From positions 320,875-384,874 of the forward strand of contig CAWJAS010000001.1 of NCBI GenBank assembly GCA_963840935.1: a DNA stretch of 64,000 nt, read 5' to 3'. The position numbers and the translations under genes are program-made. Numbering within the stretch: the first letter of the stretch is position 1; each line of letters opens with the position of its first letter. This stretch comes from Candidatus Magasanikiibacteriota bacterium. Lineage in GTDB: Bacteria; Patescibacteriota; Patescibacteriia; Magasanikbacterales; GWA2-37-8. The notes below the pieces were generated by a model that worked only from the letters and a program-made list of their open reading frames with translations, did not search any database and had not been told where the DNA came from. Shown piece by piece: positions 10,171 to 18,974 of this stretch.

Positions 10171-10482
10171 ATGCCTGAGAGTTTTACACCAGAACAAATA
10201 CAAGCAATGAAATTGGCACAAGAGGCCGTGAAAGCAGGGGCTTCACCGGTAGAAGTTGTAAATACTTCAGAAGACACTCGTGCTGAAGCGAAAGCAGAAA
10301 GATTGAAAAAAGCTACAGAAATTTTTAATCAAGCGGTGGCAGAGGGCCATCCAAATCCTGCAGAGCGGGTTGTTGAAATTTTGGGACAGCAAGAACCAGG
10401 GATGGCTGAAGATGAAGCTCATGCAGAACTTTTAAAGCTCGCTGAATTAGTCGCGCAAAATGAGGCTAAAAAAGCCGCTTAA
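10171..10482 (+). CDS. Hypothetical small acidic helical protein
   Basis: ORF downstream of the consensus promoter. Terminator at 10503-10533. No recognisable motifs. Confidence 0.45.
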   Translation: MPESFTPEQIQAMKLAQEAVKAGASPVEVVNTSEDTRAEAKAERLKKATEIFNQAVAEGHPNPAERVVEILGQQEPGMAEDEAHAELLKLAELVAQNEAKKAA

Positions 10483-10502
10483 CTCTTGACACTATAAAAA
10501 AA

Positions 10503-10533
10503 ACAGGTTATACTCTTTTTAACCTGTTTTTTG
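10503..10533 (+). terminator. Rho-independent terminator
   Basis: ACAGGTTA-tactcttttt-TAACCTGT stem followed by T6. Overlaps a TTGACA-17-TATACT promoter-like sequence at 10487-10515. Confidence 0.55.
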
Positions 10534-10626
10534 TTTAAATACAGGCCTTATTCATCTCTCACCAATTCAACTTTTTCCTCTTTGGGGCCAATCCCAGAGC
10601 AGAATCGGGAGGTTAAAGGAAAAACT

Positions 10627-11418
10627 ATGCCTAAATTACCTACATTGCTTGAAATGCTTCAAGCAGGCGTGCATTTTGGCCACCAAAAGTCACGCTGGCA
10701 CCCCAAGATGAAACCATATATTTATGGTGTTCGCGGAGGTGTTCACATTATTGATTTGGAAAAATCTTTAGGGGAGCTTGAGAAAGCTCTGGATTATGCA
10801 AAGAACCTGGCCTCAGAAGGCAAGGTTATTTTATTTGTCGGCACCAAGCGCCAGACCCGCGAATTAATCAAAAACGCGGCGGAAAAATGCGCCATGCCAT
10901 ACCTGACCGAACGCTGGATTGGCGGATTGCTCACAAATTTTGAAGAAGTGCGCCGACGCCTGCGCAAATACCATGGCATGAAAGACCAAGTGGCGACCGG
11001 CGAAGTGGAAAAATACACCAAAAAAGAACAAGCTAAATTTAAAAAAGAATTAGAAAAAATGGACCGTTATTTGTCGGGTTTGGGCAATATCGACCGTTTG
11101 CCGGAAGCAATATATATTGCTGACTTCCGAACGGAAAAAACCGCTCTGGCCGAAGCACAAAGAAAAGATGTTCCGGTCATCGGCGTATGCGACACAAATG
11201 TTGACCCGCGCGATGCCGATTATCCGATCCCGGCAAATGATGACGCGGTTAATTCAATTCGGTTGATTGCCGACCTGCTTTCCGAAGCAATCAGCGAAGG
11301 AAAAGTGGAATACGAAAAAAAGAAAGCGGAATCTTTAAAAGAAGCAGAAAAATTAAAAGCGGCCGAGCAAGCCAAGAAACCGGCTCCAAGAGTAATCAAA
11401 AAAGAATCTTCATTATAA
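10627..11418 (+). CDS. rpsB: 30S ribosomal protein S2 with a Lys/Ala/Glu-rich C-terminal tail
   Basis: MPKLPTLLEMLQAGVHFGHQKSRWHPKM… after a GGAGG SD. The track ORF begins at 10531, but the conserved S2 N-terminus begins at the Met at 10627. Confidence 0.9.
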   Translation: MPKLPTLLEMLQAGVHFGHQKSRWHPKMKPYIYGVRGGVHIIDLEKSLGELEKALDYAKNLASEGKVILFVGTKRQTRELIKNAAEKCAMPYLTERWIGGLLTNFEEVRRRLRKYHGMKDQVATGEVEKYTKKEQAKFKKELEKMDRYLSGLGNIDRLPEAIYIADFRTEKTALAEAQRKDVPVIGVCDTNVDPRDADYPIPANDDAVNSIRLIADLLSEAISEGKVEYEKKKAESLKEAEKLKAAEQAKKPAPRVIKKESSL

Positions 11419-11438
11419 AATCTTAAGCATCACTAAAT

Positions 11439-12293
11439 ATGGCAAACATTGAAAACATCTCAAAATTACGTGAAATAACCGGAGCCGGAATGATGGATTG
11501 CAAAAAAGCTCTTGAAGAAGCCGGTGAAGACATGGAAAAGGCGGCGGAAATTTTGCGAAAAAAAGGAATTGTCAAAGCAGCAAAAAGGTCCGACAAAATC
11601 GCGGCCGAAGGTTTGACCGCGGTCAAAGTCGCGGGCGACACAGCTTCGATTGTTGAAGTTAACGCCGAAACGGATTTTGTTGCCAAAAGCGATGAATTCA
11701 AAAATTTAGTGGCGACTATTGTCGATAGTATTGCCGAAAAAAAACCGACAACAATTGAAGAAGCGCTCTCCGGAGAATTGCAAGATAAATTCAACGAAGC
11801 GGTTGCCAAAATCGGTGAAAAAATTTCTTTGCGCAGATTTGCTGTTTTCACAAAAGGTTCCGACGAGGTAATTGGCTCGTATCTTCATATGGGCGGTAAA
11901 ATTTCTGTTTTGGTTGCGCTCAAAGGTGGTAACGAAGAATTGGCAAATGAAATCGCCATGCACATTGCCGGCGCCAATCCAAAATATTTGAATCGCGAAT
12001 CGGTGGACCCGGGCGAAATCGCCAAAGAAATCGAAATTGCTTCCGAACAATTGCGCACTCAAGGCAAGCCGGAAAACATTATCGAAAACATTGTCAAAGG
12101 AAAAATGGATAAATACTACAGCGAAATTTGTCTTTTGGAACAACCGTTTGTTAAAGACGAAGAAAAAACTATCAGCAAATTGGCCGAAGAAGCCGGCGCG
12201 ACAGTGAAAGAATTTTGGCGCTATGAATTGGGCGAGGGGATAGAAAAGAAACAATGTGATTTTGTGGCGGAAGTGAATGAACAACTGGGCTAA
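11439..12293 (+). CDS. tsf: Elongation factor Ts
   Basis: ITGAGMMDCKKALEEAGEDMEKAAEILRKKG N-terminal UBA-like region. Follows rpsB. Confidence 0.9.
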   Translation: MANIENISKLREITGAGMMDCKKALEEAGEDMEKAAEILRKKGIVKAAKRSDKIAAEGLTAVKVAGDTASIVEVNAETDFVAKSDEFKNLVATIVDSIAEKKPTTIEEALSGELQDKFNEAVAKIGEKISLRRFAVFTKGSDEVIGSYLHMGGKISVLVALKGGNEELANEIAMHIAGANPKYLNRESVDPGEIAKEIEIASEQLRTQGKPENIIENIVKGKMDKYYSEICLLEQPFVKDEEKTISKLAEEAGATVKEFWRYELGEGIEKKQCDFVAEVNEQLG

Positions 12294-12346
12294 AGGCATT
12301 ATTCTGTTGAGCGCAGATAGTTAAGCCAATATTATTAAAAACCCGT

Positions 12347-12380
12347 CTCTTTCAGTGAGGCGGGTTTTTTGTCCACAGGG
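12347..12380 (+). terminator. Rho-independent terminator after tsf
   Basis: CCCGTCTC … AGGCGGG hairpin followed by T6. Confidence 0.5.
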
Positions 12381-12467
12381 TTTGTTTGTATGCCTTTTGC
12401 ACAATATTTGTGGTATAATATACATGATGTGTCATATCATCATTTTTGTATATTAATTTAAATATTT

Positions 12468-15400
12468 ATGAAGCTACCTAAAAAGCTTCTAGCTTTGGTT
12501 TTATTAATAATGGGTTTTGTCGCCGGATATTTTTTGTTTGATTCAAAATCGGCAAAAGCATTTAATCCCGGTGATTTAATAATTAGTGAGTTTTCGCTAA
12601 CACCGAGCGGTCAATGGATAGAATTATTAAATACGACCGGCAGTGATATTGATTTGAGTGACTGGGACGTTTCGGTAACTTCGCTTAGCGCGGACGATAC
12701 TGTAAGTGGCGGACCTAGTTCAATGACTATGTCCGGATTGGTGCCGGCCAATGGCATGTTGGTTGTTTATGGTGTGGATTTATGGTTGGGAGAATTACCA
12801 ACTCCATCATTTTTACAATTAATAAACAACAGCGATGTTATTTCAGCTGTTTCTTACGGTTATCATTTTTATACCGCGCCTTATGTGGACCAGCCGGATT
12901 ATAGCGCGGGAGAAACTGCCATGCAGGATAACGAAGGTAATTGGAGTGTAACAACGTCAGTGAGTTTGGGTTGGTACAATATTACAACGAGTACTTTGGA
13001 TTGCGATAGTCCGCCCACTCCTGGGCCGGGAGTTACTCCGCCGTCGCTTTCCGCGATCGAATTGTGTTTGCCATCAGGAGTGACTTCAAATATTACCAGT
13101 GGCATCACAGACCCGACGAATGCTACCGGACTTTATTTTGAAAAAGAGGGGATGGGAGAAATTGTTTTTGGTTCAACATTGAATTTGACAGACCAAAATA
13201 CTTTGAATTTGTTGCAAAATTTAAAAACAAAATTGGAACTTGATGGCGGTAAGGTAAGATTGGACGCAAGTACTGCCACCCTTATTAGAGATGTTGGCGC
13301 TGAAATTTATTTTTATGGTTTAAAAGATTTGGGTTATGACAATATCGATACTAGTTCAATTATCGTGAGAGATGATAGTGGTGATATTATTCCGACCAGC
13401 TCCGTTGATTATCCGGAAATAACCGGCGTCAATTGGTATGATACCAATACCGGCACTTTGCAATTTAATACCGAACATTTTTCCGGCTATGAAACCAGCC
13501 CGATTCTTTCCGAAGTGACTCCGGTACCGGACCCAACCGGCACCACCACTCCTGATTATACTTTTAGCGCCAATGTGACGGGAACTTATGTGTTTCTCGG
13601 CGATTGCGCGGGCACCCCGACCGGCTCCACAACGAATGGTAATAACACAATCACCATTGGCCCGGTGTCTGAGAGTTATCATTCCAACTGCGCGGTTAAA
13701 GTAATTGACGGGGCCGGCAATTCAAGCACGCTCCAAATGAGTCCATTCACTGTGGATGTAACCGGCCCGCAGATGGCGACAACTACACCAAATCCGACAT
13801 GCGTGGGCGCGGGAGCTGTTGGTTCCAGCACCTTCACTTTTACTGTCAATTACAATGAACCGATGGATCAAACGGCAACTCCGACAGTGTTTTTTGACCC
13901 GCCTTTGTACGCGGTGCTTGTTGATTCTTCAAGAACTTACAGCTGGGTCAGTTCCACGGTATTTCGCGTAACCTCCGATGTTGCCATGCAAGACGGAACG
14001 GTTGTTACAAATGTAACTTCCACTGTTTCCAGCACAAAAGATATGGCCGGAAATTATTCTGCCGATAATGTTATTGTGAATAGTTTTTACGTTGATTTTG
14101 CCACTTCTTCAGCGCCATCGCTCGATACGGTAAATGGAAGTATGAATCACCCTCAAACCGGAAGTAATTCCAACCCACCGATTGTTGTTAGTGGTTTAAC
14201 CATAGGCGATATATTAAAAATTTATGACGGCGCAACAGAAATTGATAGCGTCACCGCTACGGCCACCACCATGGCAAGAACGCTTTCTTTGACCGAAGGC
14301 AGTCATGATTTATCCGCCAAAGCTGTTGACCCGTGTGGTAATGTGAGTGATGCTTCAAATGTAATTACATATATATTGGATTTGACCGCGCCGAGCGCTC
14401 CGGTTATCACCGAAATCAATGGCAGTACTTCTTCACCCGCTTATGGCAATACAAGTACCCCACAAATAAAATTAACCGGTGAAATAGGAACGTATTATTA
14501 TTTGTATGATACGGACGGCGTAACAGTGTTAGCCACGAACGCGGTTATGGGTTCTCCGGAAATATTTTATACCAGTCCGCTTTCTGTCGGCACGCATACT
14601 TTAACCGCCAAACTTGTCGATTCAGGTAATAATACAAGCACAGCTTCAGCTTCTTTTAACTATATTTATGATATAACTCCACCGTCCGTTGTTTCTGTAT
14701 CTACCACAAAACCCGACGGCGCTTATCCAAAGGATGCGATTGTTGGTATAAATGTAAATTTTGATGAAACTGTCACAGTGAACGGAACACCCTGGCTTTA
14801 TCTAAATGTCGGAGTCGGACGCTATGCTCCATGGCTCGCTTTCGGTATGAATTATTTTAGCTATACTGTTGTATCAGGCGATGCTTCTCAAGATTTGGAT
14901 TATGCTTCAACAACCGCGCTTATTTTAAACGGTGGAACAATCAAAGATTTAGCTGGCAATGATGCTGTTTTGACTTTACCCGCCACCGGAACTTTTGCCG
15001 GAGCATATGACATTATTATTGATACAGCCACCCCGACTGTCGCCTTTACAGATGATGTTGAAGCAGGGCCGGTCGCAAGCGACACTATTACAATTACAGT
15101 TTCAGATGCCAACCCTTATCCAAGTTCTTATGCTTATGCTTACAGCAGTGACGCGGTTTGCGACGGCTCAGACACTTATTCAACTTCGTTTACTTCTGGA
15201 AGTTCTTTTACAGTAAGTTATAACACAAATAATGGAAAATATATTTGCGCCCGCGCACGAGATTTAGCCAATAACACAACTTATTTGGCCAGCGCAAATC
15301 CGCTCAATGTTAGCACCGCTCCGCCAAGCAGTGGTGGTGGGGGAAGCAGTCGAGATATGTCGGCGCCGACAAATATTTCCCTCAAAATAAATAATGGCGC

Positions 15401-16331
15401 TACTTCAACCGCCTCAACCACCGTAACTTTGAATATGACCGCGACTGACGCGACCTATATGAAGATTTCTAATTCGCAGTTGTTTACCGGAGCGGAATGG
15501 GAAACTTTTTCCACTTCCAAAACATGGGTTTTGGAAGCCGGTCTTGGTGAGAAAAAAGTATGGGTTCAATTTCGAGACGATGCCTACAATTTAGCCGACT
15601 CATTGTATGATACCATTCAACTTGTGTTGCCGGGCGAAGAAAGTCCCGTAATCACTGTTATAGAAGAAACACAAAAGTCCGCTGTTGGCCCTAGCTGTCC
15701 GGTATTATCAAATGGGGATATGGTAAAAGTTATCGGCAAGCCGGCGATTTATTCAGTCGATAAATATTTACAAGCGCTGTATTTTCCATCCGGCGATGAA
15801 TTCAAATCATGGCGACCAACATATGGCGGGTATCTATCCATTGACCAGGCTTGTTTTGACTCTTTAAATGTGCCAAAAAATTATCCGGCAGCGGTTAATT
15901 ATCGTCCGGGTTCATATTTGATTAAAAGGCCATCGTCAGATCAACTTTATGTGATTTTGCCGGGCAATACTTTGGCAAAAATAACTCCGGAAGCGGCGGA
16001 AGCGCTTTATGGCACCTCGGCATATTCCGGCGGTGTTGGCAATAAAGTAATGACAGTGTCCGATGTTTTCTGGCCACATTATGTTAATCGCTCAGCCGAT
16101 ATCACCGAAGCCAAAGCGCACGCGGGTATGGTCATAAAGGTTTCAGGAAAAATTTATTATGTGGATATGGAAAATAAATTAAGAGAAATGACAACCGCCG
16201 GATTCAGCGCCAATGGGATCCAAGAGAGGTTTATTCGCGCGGTCCAGGAATTGGCGATTGCCGGTTTAGTGGAAGGCGATTTGATTGAAATGGAAATACA
16301 GGAATTAACCAACAAGACGCAATCCTTCTAA
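12468..16331 (+). CDS. Large surface protein: N-terminal signal/anchor, lamin-tail (LTD) domain, multiple Ig-like repeats
   Basis: N-terminal hydrophobic segment. FNPGDLIISEF…GQWIELLNTTGSDIDLSDWDV is LTD-like. Repeated LDLTAPSAP / YDITPPSV / IDTATPTV linkers are typical of bacterial Ig-like domain arrays. Confidence 0.55.
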   Translation: MKLPKKLLALVLLIMGFVAGYFLFDSKSAKAFNPGDLIISEFSLTPSGQWIELLNTTGSDIDLSDWDVSVTSLSADDTVSGGPSSMTMSGLVPANGMLVVYGVDLWLGELPTPSFLQLINNSDVISAVSYGYHFYTAPYVDQPDYSAGETAMQDNEGNWSVTTSVSLGWYNITTSTLDCDSPPTPGPGVTPPSLSAIELCLPSGVTSNITSGITDPTNATGLYFEKEGMGEIVFGSTLNLTDQNTLNLLQNLKTKLELDGGKVRLDASTATLIRDVGAEIYFYGLKDLGYDNIDTSSIIVRDDSGDIIPTSSVDYPEITGVNWYDTNTGTLQFNTEHFSGYETSPILSEVTPVPDPTGTTTPDYTFSANVTGTYVFLGDCAGTPTGSTTNGNNTITIGPVSESYHSNCAVKVIDGAGNSSTLQMSPFTVDVTGPQMATTTPNPTCVGAGAVGSSTFTFTVNYNEPMDQTATPTVFFDPPLYAVLVDSSRTYSWVSSTVFRVTSDVAMQDGTVVTNVTSTVSSTKDMAGNYSADNVIVNSFYVDFATSSAPSLDTVNGSMNHPQTGSNSNPPIVVSGLTIGDILKIYDGATEIDSVTATATTMARTLSLTEGSHDLSAKAVDPCGNVSDASNVITYILDLTAPSAPVITEINGSTSSPAYGNTSTPQIKLTGEIGTYYYLYDTDGVTVLATNAVMGSPEIFYTSPLSVGTHTLTAKLVDSGNNTSTASASFNYIYDITPPSVVSVSTTKPDGAYPKDAIVGINVNFDETVTVNGTPWLYLNVGVGRYAPWLAFGMNYFSYTVVSGDASQDLDYASTTALILNGGTIKDLAGNDAVLTLPATGTFAGAYDIIIDTATPTVAFTDDVEAGPVASDTITITVSDANPYPSSYAYAYSSDAVCDGSDTYSTSFTSGSSFTVSYNTNNGKYICARARDLANNTTYLASANPLNVSTAPPSSGGGGSSRDMSAPTNISLKINNGATSTASTTVTLNMTATDATYMKISNSQLFTGAEWETFSTSKTWVLEAGLGEKKVWVQFRDDAYNLADSLYDTIQLVLPGEESPVITVIEETQKSAVGPSCPVLSNGDMVKVIGKPAIYSVDKYLQALYFPSGDEFKSWRPTYGGYLSIDQACFDSLNVPKNYPAAVNYRPGSYLIKRPSSDQLYVILPGNTLAKITPEAAEALYGTSAYSGGVGNKVMTVSDVFWPHYVNRSADITEAKAHAGMVIKVSGKIYYVDMENKLREMTTAGFSANGIQERFIRAVQELAIAGLVEGDLIEMEIQELTNKTQSF

Positions 16332-16408
16332 AAAATAAATATTAACAAGGGCGCCATCAATTCGGGCGCTCTTGTTTTTTTGGCCAAAACACGTTAGAAT
16401 CTTGTCAT

Positions 16409-17662
16409 ATGATTAAATTAACCATTCACAAAAACAGAATCGGACCAGTTCGCGGAAGGCATCCGTGGGTTTTTCAGGGCGCCATAAAAAAGATTCCCGA
16501 AGGACTATCGAGTGGAATGATTGTTCACTTGTTTGACGAGCGAGGCGATTTTTTGGCGCAAGGATATTTTAATTCATATTCGCAAATGGCGGTGCGCTTG
16601 TGGAGCTGGGATGAAAGCGAAAAAGTTGATTTGGATTTTTTTGTTCAAAGGATTCAATTGGCGAGCGAACTGCGCAAAAATTATCTTGAATCAAAACAGA
16701 CCGATTCTTATCGCTTAATAAACAGTGAAAATGATTTACTGCCCGGTCTTATTGTTGATAAATACGCCGATTATTTGTGCGTCCAGTTTCACAATCCGGG
16801 AATTGAATTTTGGAAATTGACCATTATTGACGCGCTGGAAAAAGTGATTAAACCAAAAGGAATTTATGAGCGCTCCGATGTCGGCGGACGAAAAATTCCA
16901 CATTGTCATTGCGAGGAGCGAGGAACGAGCGACGTGGCAATCCCTTCGGATTTGACAAAAGAAACCGGCCACACCGGTACCCTCATGGGCACCATCCCCG
17001 AAAAAATAAAAATAACAGAAAACAACATCAAGTTTTGGGTTGACCCGGTGCATGGCCAAAAAACCGGATTTTTTCTTGACCAGCGCGACAAACGTTTGGC
17101 CGTTCAAAAATATATTAAAGATAAAAATGTTTTGAATTGTTTTTCATACACCGGTGGCTTCAGTGTTTACGCTCTTTCAGCCGGAGCAAAAAAAGTGACC
17201 AGCGTGGACACTTCAAAAGAGGCGCTCGCTTTGGCCGAAGAAAATATTAAATTAAACGGATTGAACGCAAAAAAATCGGAATTTATTTGCGCTGATGTGA
17301 AAGATTATTTGCGCGAATTATTGGAAAAAGACCCTGACGAGCGCGAAGATTTTGACGTGATAATTCTTGACCCGCCAGCTTTTGTTAAAGACAGGCGCAA
17401 AGTCCGCGAAGGATTAATGGGGTACAGAAATATAAATGAATTTGCCTTGCGTTTGCTTTCTTCCGGCGGGATTTTAGTCACTGCGTCATGTTCCACTCAT
17501 GTTTCGCTTCAAGATTTCCGCTATGCCATATCCGAGTCCGCCGGTCGGGCCCGCAAAACCGTTCAAATTTTAGAAACATTCACTCATGGTATTGACCATC
17601 CGGAATTGGTTGCTTTTGTAGAAGGGGATTATTTGAAATGTTTGATTTGCCGGGTGGTTTAA
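16409..17662 (+). CDS. rlmI: 23S rRNA m5C1962 methyltransferase RlmI carrying an in-frame repeat insertion
   Basis: GRHPWVF, SYRLINSENDLLPGLIVDKY, GQKTGFFLDQR and the class-I SAM fold. An extra ~20 aa (HCHCEERGTSDVAIPSD) are encoded by a GC-rich repeat at 16896-16955. Confidence 0.75.
   Translation: MIKLTIHKNRIGPVRGRHPWVFQGAIKKIPEGLSSGMIVHLFDERGDFLAQGYFNSYSQMAVRLWSWDESEKVDLDFFVQRIQLASELRKNYLESKQTDSYRLINSENDLLPGLIVDKYADYLCVQFHNPGIEFWKLTIIDALEKVIKPKGIYERSDVGGRKIPHCHCEERGTSDVAIPSDLTKETGHTGTLMGTIPEKIKITENNIKFWVDPVHGQKTGFFLDQRDKRLAVQKYIKDKNVLNCFSYTGGFSVYALSAGAKKVTSVDTSKEALALAEENIKLNGLNAKKSEFICADVKDYLRELLEKDPDEREDFDVIILDPPAFVKDRRKVREGLMGYRNINEFALRLLSSGGILVTASCSTHVSLQDFRYAISESAGRARKTVQILETFTHGIDHPELVAFVEGDYLKCLICRVV
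16896..16955 (+). repeat. GC-rich repeat copy inserted in-frame in rlmI
   Basis: GTCATTGCGAGGAGCGAGGAACGAGCGACGTGGCAATC plus ATCCCTTCGGA. The same 38-mer (1 mismatch) lies at 17801-17838. The tail matches the family core palindrome. Confidence 0.7.
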
Positions 17663-17665
17663 TCT

Positions 17666-17838
17666 GTCATCCTGAACCTACCTTCGCGGGGAAGGATCTT
17701 TCGGCACTTCGTTTTGTCATCCTGAACTTGTTTCAGGATCTCTCGGTGTCATTCCCGCGTCCCAAAGGGATCCTTTAGGGAAAGATAGGTTCAGTCGCGT
17801 GTCATTGCGAGGAGAGAGGAACGAGCGACGTGGCAATC
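17666..17838 (+). repeat. Composite cluster of GC-rich hairpin repeats (GTCAT-initiated units)
   Basis: GTCATCCTGAAC twice (second copy with hairpin ATCCTGAAC/TTCAGGAT). CCTTC-gcgggg-GAAGG. Near-palindrome GTCCCAAAGGGATCCTTTAGGGA. A 38-mer shared with rlmI. Long-range CTGAACC/GGTTCAG pairing. Confidence 0.65.
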
Positions 17839-17861
17839 TCTTAAATTTTATAAATAAAAAG

Positions 17862-17885
17862 CCCATAAATTGGGCTTTTTATAAT
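17862..17885 (+). terminator. Rho-independent terminator
   Basis: GCCCA-taaat-TGGGC hairpin followed by TTTTTAT. Confidence 0.5.
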
Positions 17886-18021
17886 TATGATTTTCGCTAA
17901 AATTAGCCAAGAAAGACCCTTGACCCTGTTAAGTAAGCCAAGAAAACTCTGTGTATAAAATTAACAAAATAGGCTTAATAAATCCAGTAAGAAAATGGCT
18001 AAGATTAGCCATTTAATAGGG

Positions 18022-18050
18022 TTGACAAAAAGGCGAAAATGTGATATAAT
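18022..18050 (+). promoter_or_regulatory. Consensus sigma70 promoter
   Basis: TTGACA-17-TATAAT with TGa extended -10. An AGGAGAGAG SD precedes the ATG at 18145. Confidence 0.65.
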
Positions 18051-18144
18051 ATGTCGTTAGCTTATAAAAAACGCTCATTTTAATTAAAAACAAGCACAAA
18101 ACAAGAAAAATGGTAAGCCACGGGCCAAAAATAGGAGAGAGCAA

Positions 18145-18780
18145 ATGGCAAAGGCAAAAGAATCCGAGCTTTCGAAGGGTTTCGACAGTATGTTCGAGAT
18201 CGTGAAGCTCATCGTCAACGCGGTGCTGGACATCGGTGGGGACGACTCGGACCTCGAGCACATTACGAAGAACGCCAACCTGCGCATGGAGATAGCGAAG
18301 CTAATCGTCGGCACTAACAACAACACCGCCGACACATTCACGGCGTTCGTGGACTACATCACCCCGTCGTTCCTTCAGCTCATGGAGTCCTTCAGTAAGG
18401 TAAACGCTGCGTTCGAACTGGGGGAATTTCATGGGAGAGTCATCTGTAAGCCGGTCAGCCGTGAGCCCCGCGAGTTGGAGTTCGTCTACGTCCATATGGA
18501 CCGTAGCGTCTCCACCGAGGAAGTTCTCGCCGAGATGGACAAGCGCAAACTGCGTCCGGCCATCTTAGAGGAGCTCGTTGCCTTCGCTATGGCCTATCCC
18601 GAAGAGCAGAGGAAGTACCCTATCATTGGCCTCGGTACTTACTGCATAGTGGGTGCGTACAACCGCCGCTTCCGCGCTGTGCCGCACCTCAACGAGAATA
18701 GAGATGGACGCTATCTGGAACTGAACAGGGACGACTACGCTTGGCTCGACCACTACCGGTTTCTGGCCGTAAGGGAGTAG
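18145..18780 (+). CDS. Hypothetical protein, strongly GC-rich orphan (~55-60% GC by eye)
   Basis: Codon usage rich in C/G-ending codons (GAG, CTC, GCC, CGC), unlike the neighbours. Consensus promoter, SD and terminator present. No recognisable motifs. Confidence 0.55.
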   Translation: MAKAKESELSKGFDSMFEIVKLIVNAVLDIGGDDSDLEHITKNANLRMEIAKLIVGTNNNTADTFTAFVDYITPSFLQLMESFSKVNAAFELGEFHGRVICKPVSREPRELEFVYVHMDRSVSTEEVLAEMDKRKLRPAILEELVAFAMAYPEEQRKYPIIGLGTYCIVGAYNRRFRAVPHLNENRDGRYLELNRDDYAWLDHYRFLAVRE

Positions 18781-18872
18781 CGGTCATTGATTCCTTGGAT
18801 ACTCGGCAATTGGCCATGGTCCCTGCCTACCGGCAGGCAGGCTTGGATTCTTGGTCGCTTGATGTTCATTCG

Positions 18873-18906
18873 GCCCGACATGAAATGTGTCGGGTCTTTT
18901 TTTTAT
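18873..18906 (+). terminator. Rho-independent terminator
   Basis: CCCGACA-tgaaatg-TGTCGGG hairpin followed by T9. Confidence 0.65.
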
Positions 18907-18908
18907 CC

Positions 18909-18937
18909 TTGCCACCATCATTGTTTCTCGCTATAAT
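18909..18937 (+). promoter_or_regulatory. Sigma70 promoter for gap
   Basis: TTGCCA-17-TATAAT immediately after the terminator. Confidence 0.55.
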
Positions 18938-18974
18938 AATAATGATTTAATTCCCACTAATCATTTTTTATTAT

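Noticed and set aside
10531-10626. Upstream extension of rpsB in the ORF track
   Set aside because: The conserved S2 N-terminus begins at the Met at 10627, which is preceded by a GGAGG SD. The extension overlaps the terminator and promoter.
12899-13682. Antisense ORFs (69 aa and 108 aa) inside the large surface-protein gene
   Set aside because: They lie within a long, well-supported + strand ORF. Their composition is consistent with antisense artefacts.
17666-17838. tmRNA, RNase P RNA, SRP RNA or 6S identity for the GC-rich structured blocks (also 21812-21973, 39348-39496, 42455-42655)
   Set aside because: None of the conserved sequence motifs of these RNAs were recognisable by eye. Examples are the tmRNA tag reading frame and 3' tRNA-like end, the RNase P P4 GGAAAGTCCGG motif, and the SRP GGAA/AGCAGC domain IV. 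An Infernal scan is needed for a definitive call.
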